Assembly: GCA_028534125.1 (NCBI GenBank)
Contig: CM052817.1
Location: forward strand, 12,898,001-12,962,000
DNA from: Lama glama
Taxonomy: Eukaryota
Length of the DNA: 64,000 bases
Direction: 5' to 3'
The notes beneath the pieces were generated by a model. It was not told the DNA's origin, did no database searches, and saw only the letters and a list, made by a program, of their open reading frames with translations. The number at the start of each line of letters is the position of its first letter. The first letter of the stretch is position 1. The translations under genes and the position numbers were made by a program. Below are positions 52,353 to 64,000 of this stretch, one piece after another.

Positions 52353-53940
52353 CCTAGGTTTCAGGAAGTCCTACAATCTCTTTAGGTTTCAAAATGCTAT
52401 TCAAATTAAGTCATTAGAATACCAGTCCACTGTGCTAACTAACACTTTTCATCTCCATCCCAAGGTAGACATTTTTCGCTTTCCTCCAGCTGGGATTAGC
52501 TGAAGAGGAGTCAAATGCTACCTGGCAAAGAACGTGTCAGTTTCTCTCCTCATTTTGCTCTCCTCCTTGTCTTGATTCATGTGTTATTTCTCCACCGTAA
52601 GAGTTGAAATGGGAACATTGTGGTGAAGGGGCTGGAAAGTTTCTTACTTAATTCGATTTGGAATAAGATGGCTCTGCATCCTTTGGCATGGTTGTTACAT
52701 GGTTCCCTGAGTTTTTTAGAACCTCCTTTGATGTGTCTTATGAGTTTCAGCTCCTTTGATGGAGGCCCTACCTCCTCTCCTCCTGACTGCACCTCATCAC
52801 CCCTTAAATTTGGCCCCTCCAATACACCCCCCAGCCTTTCACTCTGGAGTCTCCTCACTGTGGCAGGAAACGTGGAAAGGACATCATTTCAAAGAACTTG
52901 AGACAAGTAGTCCCACCGCCGTATGGTACGTAGACCAAGGTCTCTCAGTAATTCTCAGAAGTCCCTTTACCAGGTCTGAAGTTGGACAGAAGCATCCTCT
53001 CTCCCTTGGGAGATGAAACTCACAGTGCAGCTCTTTTCTAAGCAAACCTCACATCCTCACCCAATGTTCATGCCTTCAGTCAACTTCCCTCTGAACGAGG
53101 AGCTTCTTCACATTTCCTTTTACTTCAGCGTCTTTGTGTGGCAAGTGTCTTCCAAATGTCACCTCTCTCGTCCATAACATCTTGTCACTTCTAACAAATA
53201 CTTACTGAGCACGTACTGAGGGCCACAGTCTGTTTGCCTATGAGACTTGCCTTTAGCGAGAAACACAAACATTAAGCAGGTACTTAGAACTGATACTATT
53301 TAACGTCAACCTCTAGAACATCCAACGTTTCATAATCGTGTTTCAAAATTACCCTGTTTATACAATAATCAATTATGTAATTCTACGTCAGAAGTTCAAA
53401 AAAGAGGGAAAAAACTTTCAACACTTGATAATTACACTGTGTTCTGATGCTCCCAAGTTACCTTGTTAATTTATTCATCTGTCAGATACGATTTGAACAT
53501 AAACTTTGTACAAATTGTTACACCATAGAGGATACAAATATATGCCATATCTGGTCTCATACACAATGATAACTATACTATCCAAGGTGACAATGTAAGC
53601 ACTAAAGAATGACAGCTGAAATACAAGGAAATGAATTTATCCATTCATTCATTTTTCAGTTGAGGTGTAACCAACATACCAAAAATTTCACGTATTAAAT
53701 ACGTATGAATTAATGTTTTGACATGTGCACGCTCATGTGAAATCAGCACAATCAACAAAATGAATATACCTATCACCACCTCCCAAGTTTCCTTATAAAC
53801 CTATATAATACAGTTTTTATAATAACCTCCATAACCTCCTTGCCAGTTACTCAGTATCAGTTCTGTGTCAACTTAATTGATTTTTCTCTCCATTGGAGGG
53901 GGTATTTTTGTGTTTCTTTATACATTTGATAATTTTTAAA

Positions 53941-54345
53941 CATTTTTCTTGAGATCTAATTGACATGTAACATTATATTGCTTTCAGATGTACAAATTAA
54001 TGATTCAATATTTGTATATATTGCAAAATGATTCCATGCCAGTCTAGTCAGCATTCATCATCACACATAGTTGCACATTTTTTTCTTTTGATGAGAACTT
54101 TTAAGATCTACTCTCTTAGCAACATTCCAATATACAATACAGTATTAGTAACTATAGTCACAAGCTGTACATTCCATCCCAGGACTTGTTTATTTTATAA
54201 CTGGAAGGTTGTATCTTTTGACCACCTTCACCCATTTTGCCTGCCCCCCTACACTCTTCCTCTGGCAGTCAGCAATCTGTTCTCTGTACTGATCAGTACA
54301 GTTTGTTTGTTTGTTTGTTTGTTTTTAGAGTCCACATATAAGGAA
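53941..54345 (-). mobile_element. L1 3' UTR segment
   Basis: ttgagatctaattgacatgtaacattat...atgagaacttttaagatctactctcttagcaac...ttttagagtccacatataag. Confidence 0.9.
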
Positions 54346-54499
54346 AATTCAGCAATTCCACTTGTGGGTATTTACCCAAAGGAAAGGAGAACACTAATTT
54401 AAAAGCAGATGTGCACCCCCATATTCATTGCAGCATTATTTACAATAACATGGAAGCAACCTAAGTGTCCGTCAATGGATGAACAAATAAAGAAAAAGT
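54346..54499 (+). mobile_element. L1 ORF2 C-terminal fragment (inverted segment)
   Basis: cagcaattccacttgtgggtatttacccaaagg...tgcacccccatattcattgcagcattatttacaata...tggaagcaacctaagtgtccgtcaatggatgaa (AIPLVGIYPK). Confidence 0.92.
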
Positions 54500-55254
54500 A
54501 TAATTTTGCCAGGTAAAATACCTGGTAATTTTCGATGCATACCAGATATCATGACTGTCAACTTGCTGAGTGCTGGACATTTTTGTATTCATAAAAATAT
54601 TCTTGGGTGTTTTCTGAGTTGAGCTTTAGTCACTGGAAACAGTTTGACTCAAGTCTTTTTAAGATGTGTTAACTGGACCGCAACAATGCTTGCTCCAGGG
54701 CTAATCTTTCCCCGATTCTGAGGCAACACTTTCTGTAATCTACCCAATAGCCTGTCAATTGGGAGGTTTTCCAACCCGGCTTAAGTGATCAGGTATCATT
54801 CCTAGAAAGGACTGTGTGAGTCTTGGATTTTCTTACCTACAGTCCTTTGGTGGTGGTGATGTCGTTGGCCTCCAGTAGTTTCTTCACATGCATGTGTTGA
54901 CTGGTACTCAGATGAACACCTGAGGAGAGCCGTCTGCAGTATCTAGGATTCTCTGTATATGCAGCTCTCTCCCTCAGGTGTTCTGTCCTGAACATTCTAA
55001 CCTTATTGTTATCCTTGAAACTCTAAAGAGTTCACCATCCATATTTCTCTTCCCTGCACCATGCCTGATGACTCTGCAAAGGCAGTAAATTGGGGAGATT
55101 GTAAAACTTAACTTGTTTTCTCTCTCTAAGTGATTACTGTCCTCTGTTGCTGATGCCCAATAAATTGATTTTTTTTCCATTTTATTGTTGTCTCAACTTG
55201 AAGAGTAAATCCAGTCCCTGTTACTTCATCTTTAATGAAAAAAAAAATCTGATT

Positions 55255-56110
55255 CTTTCATTATTTTATTGAATTTCTAACATGTGATGTAGACTGGTAT
55301 GCACTGGGGAGAGACCAATGAACAGAACAGACAAAAACTACTACCTTCAGGTGGCTTACACTATATGAGGGGGTAGAGTCATAAAAAATACATAAATAAA
55401 TCATATATACACACATATGTATATATGGTTAGTTAGATTGTAGTAAGTATCAGAGGGAAAAATAAGGCAGGGAAGGAAAGTACAAAGTACTGACAGGTGA
55501 TACATTTAAAATTGGGAAGGTCACACTAAAAAGTCATAGAGAAGAAAGAGGAAACCATGAGGATACTGGAGGTCGAGCATTTCAGGCAGAAGGAACACCA
55601 AGTTCAAAGACTCCGAGATAGGAGCATGCCTGAATGCCCAAGGAATAGAATGAAAACCAATGTGACCGGAGCAGATTTTCAAGTAGAATTGTGTGGGAAG
55701 CTGATATTTGACAGGCATGAGAAGCAAACATTCCAGAGCTTTGCAGGCTAACCGATGTATCATGGACCTCCAGGGAGTGGAGGAGTGCAAGATGTGCCAT
55801 TTGTCCTAGTGCAATTATGCTGGCTGCTCTGGCTATGACAGACTGCAGGCAGACATGGTCTGAATCTAGGAGACTGGTTATTTGTCCAGCTTTGGGAATG
55901 CAGGTGAGATATAACAATACAATGGATCAGAAAAATAGAAGTAGTGAAAAAGCATTGGTTTCTAGGAATATTCTGGGAAAGCCAACAGTTTATGCTGATG
56001 AATTCAATATGGGGAAGGAAAGAGAAAAAGTCAAGGATGACTCCAGAGATTTGGCCTGAGCAACTGGGAGGGTAAGCGGAGGGAGAAGTAAGTTGGAGGA
56101 AGAATGACGA
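55255..56110 (-). mobile_element. LINE-2 3' portion
   Basis: tgaacagaacagacaaaaact...gagcatttcaggcagaaggaaca...gtcaaggatgactccagagatttggcctgagcaactgg. Confidence 0.85.
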
Positions 56111-56868
56111 AGAGCATAAGGAAAGGCGCGGAGGCAGGAACGCCATGCCGTCTGGGGGGGGGGGGGCAGGAGCTGAGCTATCTGAGTGGTGCGGGAAGTT
56201 CTTATGGCAACGTGCTGGTTAAAAAAGTGGGTAAGGGCAGTTGTGGCCAGAGCACAGAAAGTCTTGAATACCAGCAAAAAGGTTTGCAATTTGTACAGTT
56301 TAGGAGAGAAGCCAGGGAAAAGTTTTTGAGGGCCTTCAGTGAAAAACTTCAGCTTTACAAAAGCTCTTCCCAGCAGCTTTGGAAATTTGCGGTTACCAGC
56401 ACGAACTTAAAACACAAAGCAACGAGGGATTCCATCATAAGAGCTTCTCCTTGAATTTTTGAAACCCTGAATAAGGCAACGTGGTGCACTTGTAAAATAC
56501 CGAGGGAAATGGCTGCGGGCCAGGCTGGTGTACAGTCATCAAAGATGCAGTGACTCATTTGAGCAGAGGTGTCATGCAGACTGCGATACACCAAGACGTA
56601 AGTCACAGATGGCAGACGACACTTCAGAGAACCTACACACGTTAGTCTACTCACAGCTCTGTGAGGAAAATTAATGGCAGGAAAAGCTCTGGATGAAAGA
56701 TAGGAAGTTTTGGTCTAGTCCTAATTTCACTGTGGCTGGCTCCAACGTTTAGATAAGGCATATGGCCTCTCGATGATGTAGATATTTTATCAGTAGAACA
56801 GAGACTATGTCTCCTCTATCTCTTAGAATGATGTGGATTCAACAAAATGGTAAATGGCTCTCCCTTCA

Positions 56869-57255
56869 CGTGATGGTTAATTTCTTGTGCTAATTTGAGT
56901 CGGTCACAGGTGCCCGGATTAAACTTTGTTTCTGGCTGTGTCTATAAGGGTGTTTCCAGATGAGATTAGCATTTGAATCACTAGATTTATTAAAGAAGAC
57001 CGTCCTGTCCCATGTGGGTGGACATCATTCAACTCATTGAGAGCCTGAATAGAATAGAAGGAAGCTGAAACAGGAGTTCATCCTTTTTTTAATCCTGCCT
57101 CACTGACTCACTGATTGAACTGGATATCCCTTCTTTTCCTGCCCATGGACTAAGATGTGTCATCTGCTTGCCTGATTCTCCGTCCTTTGGACTTGGACCG
57201 AATTATACTGCCAACTTTCCTAGGCCTCCAGACTAGAGAGGGCAGATCACGGTCG
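56869..57255 (+). mobile_element. ERVL LTR, MLT2-like (MLT2B/D type)
   Basis: gtgatggttaatttcttgtg...gggtgtttccagatgagattagcatttgaatc...tgtgggtggacatcattcaa...gagagcctgaatagaa. Confidence 0.9.
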
Positions 57256-58250
57256 ATACAGATACAAATATAGATACAGATATCTGTATTACCCATTTGC
57301 TTAGGACTTGGGCATGCTAAGCAGTACTGACTCCTTGTATTCAGTAGAACATACACACATGAGCGCCGATTTAGTATCTCTTAATGGGCCAAGAAATTAA
57401 CAGGACCATCCTCCTCTGTAGCCTACATTTCTGTTCCCAGAGCTTGGAATATATGGAGACAAGTTGGATACTCTCTTAAAACAATTGTCCCAGAGGATGG
57501 AGGTAATATTTGCACTATTGGCTGGAGGAATACGATAGAGTCAGCGAAAACAAGACTTGAAGGTTTAAGTTGTTTTTATAAGCTATTTATGTGAAAAAAA
57601 AGGGACTAAGTCTATTCATTAATTTACTCACTTATTTTAAACATTCCATACTTTTCATCATTTCTGTGTATGTTTTTACTATTCCCTCAAGCTCTATTGT
57701 TCTCCGCTCAGAAAATTCCCCATTGTATTCACACTCCTACAAAAAGCCATGAGAATGGGGCTGTCTCCTGCCTCAGACTGCCCCATTACCAACAGCTACA
57801 TTTTGTTCAATGCCTCTTTTCTAGATGGTGGTTCAGTAGCAGTGGAAAAATCTAAGGCTCAGTTCTAGCACCACCTTGTAATTCTTATCTCAGACATCTC
57901 TCTCCCCCTCGCTGGTTATCCTGAGGGCTCCAGTATTGGAGAACTTAATCTTCTTCTGGGTCTTCATCTTCCTGGATTCCCAAAAACAGAACAGTGTCTT
58001 CAGTGAATATATCCTGATGGAAATTACCTGACTATTCTTGAATATTTCATTTGTCTTCTGCTAAGGCAAGGTTTCGTGGAGCCTAGATACTATGGAAACA
58101 GGTTTATATAAATACTTCTATATTAAATGTGCTCTGCCAAAGCTCTCAACTAGTTACAGAGTGAATTTCTTTCAACTGAAATCTCTTCAAATAATTGCAC
58201 TGGAAACCTGTGAAGTCAGGCCATGCTTTTTAAAAATGCTTTTTCTGTAG

Positions 58251-58382
58251 CAGATCACATTAACCACCTACATACTGTTGGAAACATCACTTTAGAAGAG
58301 CCTGTTGGCACAGTTTTCCTTGCTACATCACTCCTCATCTTAAATTGTTGGCTTCACCACTGTCTGGGGTACCTAAGTCCAG
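58251..58382 (+). other. Candidate 132-nt exon (unverified)
   Basis: tgctttttctgtag| ... ccag|gtaaga; one open frame; peptide not recognised. Confidence 0.3.
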
Positions 58383-59359
58383 GTAAGAATTTGTATTTTT
58401 TAAATATTATTTTATTCTGCTACAGCCTAAAACATTCAGGAAGCATTTTTATCACCAGCATGAAGAGGAAGGAAGCTTTCTACTCTGACATTTTATGCAG
58501 TTAGATATATGGAGAGCCGAATACATCCATTAATTCCTTCCATGGCAAGTTTTACAAAATTTTAATGGCCATGTACTACATACCAGGCAAATTGTTAAGG
58601 GGCGAAGGTACACTGGTGAACAATGAATATGCGACATCATTTGCCTTCTTGGGTTTACAGTACATGGTATATCTTTAAATACAAATGCAATGAAATGCAA
58701 AAATTAATATATTCCTTAAGGATTTAATCATTCAGTTCCCATCCATATTCCATAAGTTTCTGCTGCAAACGACATTCACTGGTCTTAACAGCCTTCTGAA
58801 CAGTGACAATTAAAATGAAATTAATACACAGCTTTCACTGATGGCAAACTATAACATGCTGAAATGTATTTCAGAATGAATCGGAATTATTAAATAATTA
58901 GAAAGATGTCTCCTTGCCAGGAAATAAAAAATGGGGATAATTAGTGCTACCACCTGGGCTAGAATCCCTAGACGGGTGACACAGTGGCAAATTGCCCAAG
59001 AGTCATATACGATGAGAAGCTGATTGATTGTTCTCAGTGGGAGAAGTTATTTTATATTACTGTATTTTCATCATCTCCCAAGCCCATGAGAATTTCCTTC
59101 AAAAGTTCATATTTTTTAAATCTTAAGAGAAAGATCTTGATTAAAAAAAGAAAAAGTAAAAAGAAATATGTACGTAGGAGAGGGAAAAAGTTTTTCCTAA
59201 ACCACTGCTCTGTTAGACAAGTTCCAATGAATGAATGAATTCCCACCATCTCAGATAAAAGTAGTGATGAAACAGTAATGAGACAAAATAAGTAGGAAAT
59301 AAAAAATAGGGATTAAAACAACCTTTTCAGCCTCTCAGTTCTATCTTCTCTGTTCCTAG

Positions 59360-59416
59360 AGTAAAATCTCTCAGCTGTAGGGGAACGATAGATTCTGCAG
59401 GGAGTCCCTTCACGAG
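59360..59416 (+). other. Candidate 57-nt exon (unverified)
   Basis: ttctatcttctctgttcctag| ... cgag|gtgagt. Confidence 0.3.
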
Positions 59417-60679
59417 GTGAGTATTCACCAGGATAACAGAGCTTTGTTGAAACAATCAAACTCTGCAAGTTCTTAGACCAAAGCATCCATGAGAGTAGAA
59501 ACTAGAAGCTGAATTTCATTTTCTGGGCAAAAAGGAAAGTGAGTGCCTAATGTCTCTTTGGTGAAGCCGTGAACGTAATCCACATGTAATCCCATTAGGA
59601 GCAGATGTCAAAAGAGTCAAATTGGTTAGCAAACACTCAAATATTTTCAGACTGAAAAGGTCAGCCGGTCTTCTATTTCATTTCTGCACAAGCACATTAA
59701 ACGGAAGAACTGTCTGAGTTCCTCCTAGGATTCAAAACCACTCTTCAGTAACCGACACAAATCTACCCTTTCCACCACTGTTTCTCCCCAACTACTAGCC
59801 TCCTTTCAGGAGCAAAATAATATTTTCTGAAATTAAGACAAAAGCAACACTTACCTCTGTCAACATTTGCCCTTAGTCTATAGGAAATTAAACTGCTCTT
59901 AAAATTTGGTTGTTTTCCCCCCTACTCCCATTGACATAACTTCCTACTGGAGGCTTGCAATTGTCTTTCCTTCACTATAAAATTAAGTTTTAGCCTGTTT
60001 GAATCTCTTTTGCAAAACAGAAAGGTAAAAGATGAGATACAATTAGTCACCGCGTAACAGCCAGGAAGAGCTAACATTTTGTAGAGCTCTGAAGAGATTG
60101 TTAACAACTTTTCACATATTATATCTCCCATGATTTTCACAATGGTTATTCTTTATTATTTATTCATATTTAGCCATTTATTATTTATTCATATTATTCC
60201 TTCTCCAGATGGAGAAAACTGAGAAACTAAAGCTCAGAGATGCTCAGTCATTTGCATTTGTTCTCAAAGACAGTAAGTGGCAATACTGAGGCTTCCAGAA
60301 ACTTCTCAATTTACATGTCAGTCCTCATAGAGTTTGCTGTGATAACCCTTTCTGCTTCACCTGCAGAATGAGGCCCCCTTGTGAGTACAACCTCATAGTA
60401 ATTCCATTCTTCCGTTCTGCCAGTTTGAAGACCTTTACATTCACCTTCCATCTCATCACTTCTCCACCCTTCACTTCTTCACGATCTTTTCCTACTCTGA
60501 AAATCCATATATGATCTTTGTCAGTTGTAGCCATTACCAAAATTCTCCTTAGAAATTTTTTTGTTTTTTAGTGAACAAATAATAAAGTCTCATTCACTTA
60601 GAACTTAGAACTTGTACATCTAAATGGCCCATCCCATTCTTCTCCATGTGTAAGTCCTCCACTCCAGTCATCTCCATGT

Positions 60680-61700
60680 TTTCTAAATAATCTACATGTC
60701 AGAATATTTTTGTTATATCCATTTTAGATATTTTCTATTCAACTTTAATGAAGAAAGTTTTGGTTTTGGCACTCAGATCATTGCTTTCCCTTCCCTCCAC
60801 ACAAACTCATTACACACACACTCATGTCCACCCCTTCTGTCCTTCCAATATAAATGTGTGCATTATATAAATACACTAACACTTCTGTTTGAATCAAAAT
60901 TTGTGTCTACATTACCGATTAAATCAGAATTGTTTATACCTGAGTCTAGTAATATATAATGATTCCATTGTCTTGGTTTTTCTTCCCTTTTTGTTTTTGT
61001 TAGAGATAATGATGGCTTTTTTTTTCAATTTAACATGTTTAATTCTTCCTAACATAGGAGTAAAATCCCTCTGAATACTGTTTTTCACATGATTGAACAC
61101 ATAAGGTGGTCTGGCATTTTTATCACTTGTCTGTGTATTTGCTTATTGTTTATTCACTTCTGCACCGTACCTCCTGGAACCCCATTCTGATTGCTCCTGT
61201 TTGGTCTGATTGCCCTCCAGTTGCTGTATACTTGCTATCCTGGAATTTCCCACTTTGCATCTATTCTCTCTTTGTTGTTGTTGTTGTTGCTGTGTGTGTG
61301 TATGTGTGTTTTAGGACCCAATGCCTTCTTCTGGGTTTAATCCTTCATTTTGATATAGCAAATGTTGCACACACAAAAAATGTCCTGGAAACAGGCACCT
61401 GGGACTTTCATTTCTGAAAATATGGTACACAACATATCCTAAAAAATCCTCCATTTTAAAACAGATCTAGAAATATTGGACATATCTGAAATAAACTTCA
61501 TCTTAAATCCATAGCTGAGCTCATAATAGAATAAATTGAAACCAATTCCTAGAAACACTATTTTGAAATTGTAGAACCTCAAAGAGAATGAGCTCTTAAA
61601 AGCTGCCCTCAAAACAGACAACAAATTACTACAACAGAATAATGAACATGGAGCCAGAAGATCAGCAAGAAACAATATTTACTCACCTAATATTGTCACA
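60680..61700. mobile_element. Very old L1/HAL1-like fragments
   Basis: 61500-61680 resembles decayed L1 ORF1 on the plus strand (cctagaaacactattttgaaattgtagaacctcaaaga...ttaaaagctgcc); the upstream part resembles antisense L1ME/HAL1. Confidence 0.45.
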
Positions 61701-63619
61701 ACATATAAAGTTGACAGGATTAACTTCTTAATGGGAGGTTTAAACACAAACTGAATAATTAATAGATAAATATAGCAATTAATAATATGTTCATTTGAAT
61801 CTCTATTTCTTGTTAGAACAGAGTTCATAATTAGAAATGGTAAAAATAAACCATTTTTAAAAGAAAAAATGTTATCACCAAACGTTACATGTAGAAACAT
61901 TGTCTTCTATAAGTGTTTACGCCGATACGTTGTGTTTCAGAACAATTTACAGAGATATTATTTCACCTTCTGCTTTGCAGCTGTGGAATAATCAGTAATA
62001 ATAAGAATTATTCTTCCTTTTCACATACACCCAAGGACTAACAGTGTGCATGAATCCTTTCCCTTCAGGCCACACCTACAAGATGTAATTTTTCAAAAAG
62101 AACTGACTTGTCCTAGGCTCTGAGGTGGTGGAGTGAGAGCCTGGGGTTTGGACAGTGGGAAGTCTGGGTCTCAGGACTGGCAGGCAGATCCAAGGCTGAC
62201 AGAGGTGAAGAAGTGATGTTGTTCATTTGTTGGCATGTTTTTATGGTGGTGAGAGTTGAGTGGGTGGTGGAGCTCCTTACCACTCCAAGGCCTCTGATGG
62301 GTGGGCTGGAGAACAGGCACTGAAGTTTATGGTGTCCAAGGACCATGGCTCCAGGAGCTACAAGAAAGAATCTCCTTGCCCCATTTTGGCAAAGGGGAGG
62401 AGGACGTGGGATGGACCACAGGACATCCCAGAAGCAAGCACCAGGAGCCGAAGGCTGAGCTCCTTCTCCTATTGCCTGAACACCACAGCACCTCACTCAG
62501 AATGTGACTTAAGGGAGGTGAAAGGAGAGGGCAAGAGGTCCCCCAAAGCACAAATAAGTAAGTGAGAGCTGGGTGTAAGATTAATGTGATTTTTTAAAGT
62601 GTTACCACATTTGTATTCAGCAGAGAATTAAGAGAGTACAAGTCATGTTTAATACATACCAGGGAAAGTTTTCCTGTAAAACATTTTATTTCCAATGTTC
62701 GTATGTGTGATGATCTCCAGGGGACTACATTTGAGAACCTCCAGGTCTTATAAAAAGCCTTTGGCGTAATTGAGACTGAGTCTCTATTTTGCTGTCTACC
62801 TTTTGCTGAATCTCTATTTGGCTGTTTGGTAAAATGATGACAATGGCGTAGTCCTTTCGTTAACGAAAAGCATCCTCAATAAGCATCAACTGTCTTGAGC
62901 CCATCAGTGTTTGGGAAGGGTCTGGCGAGGAGAGATGCTCGGTAAATAATGGATGAAGGAGCCCAATGCACTGTCATTCCCATTCCTCCTGGGATGAAGC
63001 TCAGCCAACACAGGTAAGTGAGTTTTACAGACTTTGAAGACAGTGACAAAGTCAGAATTAAATTGTGGATCTAATTCAAATGTCTTTTTCTTGGCACTAG
63101 GCCAAGATGTTTCAAACTTTGGGCCACGATCCACGAGTGGGTCTCAAAGTCAATGTAACTGGTCAGAATTGGCACCTTTAAAAGGAAAGAGAAGAAAGGG
63201 GGCAGAAGAAGGGGCCAAGCACAGCCAGCACAGCCTAGAGTAACAGAGACCGGAAAACAAACCGAAGCAAAACAAAACAAACAAAAGAAATCTCGTGTAT
63301 CCAGCATAGTAAAGGCTAAGTGGTGTTCTGTAAAAGTTTTGCACATATCGGGTCAATAGGTAAAAAGCCTTTTTTTTTTTTCTGAGTCATGGTCTAAATT
63401 GTTACAAAGCCAAAAACTTAGGCCATTTGTCTTCCTTAATTGCTCTTTTACATTTGCTAAAAGAAAACATTGCTTCTAATCGGGCTTTTCTGATTCTGCC
63501 CCTTTGTTTTAATTCTTTTTTAATCATGAAATTTTCTACACTTACAAAAAGTTAAGAAAACAATCTCAGAGATAGATGTGTACTAAGAGACACTAACCTT
63601 GTGCCTTAGGGCCTCTTGG

Positions 63620-63700
63620 TCCTCCCCTCCCCCTCCTCGCTTCCCCTCCCTTCCTCCTTTCCTCTCTTCCCCTCCCTTCCCCCCTTCCTCTCCTCCACAG
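63620..63700. repeat. Polypyrimidine (C/T) low-complexity tract within an old antisense L1 3' fragment
   Basis: Direct read; flanks (cttcccagaggcaaccac...ttgcatttgatgtgtat) are L1ME-like. Confidence 0.8.
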
Positions 63701-64000
63701 TCTCTCAAGGAACATGAAGTTACAGATGCAGTTATGGCTCTACCCTGTCCTTATTATAAGCCCCATTTCTTCCCAGAGGCAACCACAGTTTTGCATTTGA
63801 TGTGTATTGTGCCATATATAATTATGTAATTTTACCGTATATTTATCCATCCATAATTCACTTATGCATTGTTTTATATATAGAAATCTTATGTCTGCAA
63901 GTCTGTTTCTTCTGTAGATGAGTTCATTAGTGTCCTCTTTTTCCTTAACCACATGGAATCATGTGGTTACTTCTTCCCAAGCCCAAGTTCTTGAGATGTA

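Larger units (their letters stand above)
53850..55240 (-). mobile_element. Old L1M 5'-region fragment hosting a younger L1 at ~53941-54499
   Basis: ttgatttttctctcc...tttgtgtttcttt and cctggtaattttcgatgcataccagatatc...gagtgctggacatttttgtattc resemble ancient L1 5'-end consensus. Confidence 0.6.

Noticed and set aside
57274..57289. 16-bp palindrome atacagatatctgtat
   Set aside because: Arises within a degenerate (GATACA/GATATA) microsatellite at the end of the MLT2 LTR.
59855..59877. 23-nt minus-strand microexon candidate (cctatag|...gag|gtaagt)
   Set aside because: Not frame-preserving and has no independent support; such matches are expected by chance.
60147..60195. Short direct duplications (tttattatttattcatatt twice; similarly acacagaatttc twice at ~41101 and aatgccagagg twice at ~35940)
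   Set aside because: Ordinary local slippage duplications with only two copies; not a CRISPR-like or regularly spaced array.
62110..62700. GC-richer block with several overlapping ORFs
   Set aside because: No recognisable protein; could be a very old LTR remnant, but I cannot support a family call.
1..64000. A previously undescribed multi-gene system, CRISPR array or prokaryote-like operon
   Set aside because: No gene-dense region, repeat-spacer array, intact transposase or RT ORF, or compositional island was seen; the content is typical mammalian non-coding DNA.

Overview
AT-rich mammalian genomic DNA, intronic or intergenic in character and dominated by decayed interspersed repeats. These are LINE-1, LINE-2, MIR, ERVL/MaLR and ERV LTRs, hAT and mariner MITEs, and microsatellites. 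A tRNA-derived SINE with a short A tail (~30698-30806) resembles the camelid Vic-1-type SINE, so the source is probably a camel or alpaca (inference). I recognise no host protein-coding exon, RNA gene or CRISPR array. The supplied ORFs look like chance ORFs, decayed L1 ORF2 fragments, or artefacts of microsatellites and the 500-N gap (42020-42519). I did not find a convincing previously undescribed biological system. The most unusual directly visible structure is a 96-bp inverted duplication (32381-32476 vs 32836-32931, 5 mismatches), one copy of which sits inside a TA/CA/TG microsatellite. Also notable are a perfect 17-bp-stem hairpin at 49462-49501, two 5'-inverted (twin-primed) L1 insertions, two L1s truncated at almost the same base, and several well-formed but unverified candidate exons. 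Repeat family names come from my recall of consensus sequences, not from a database search, and repeat boundaries are approximate.
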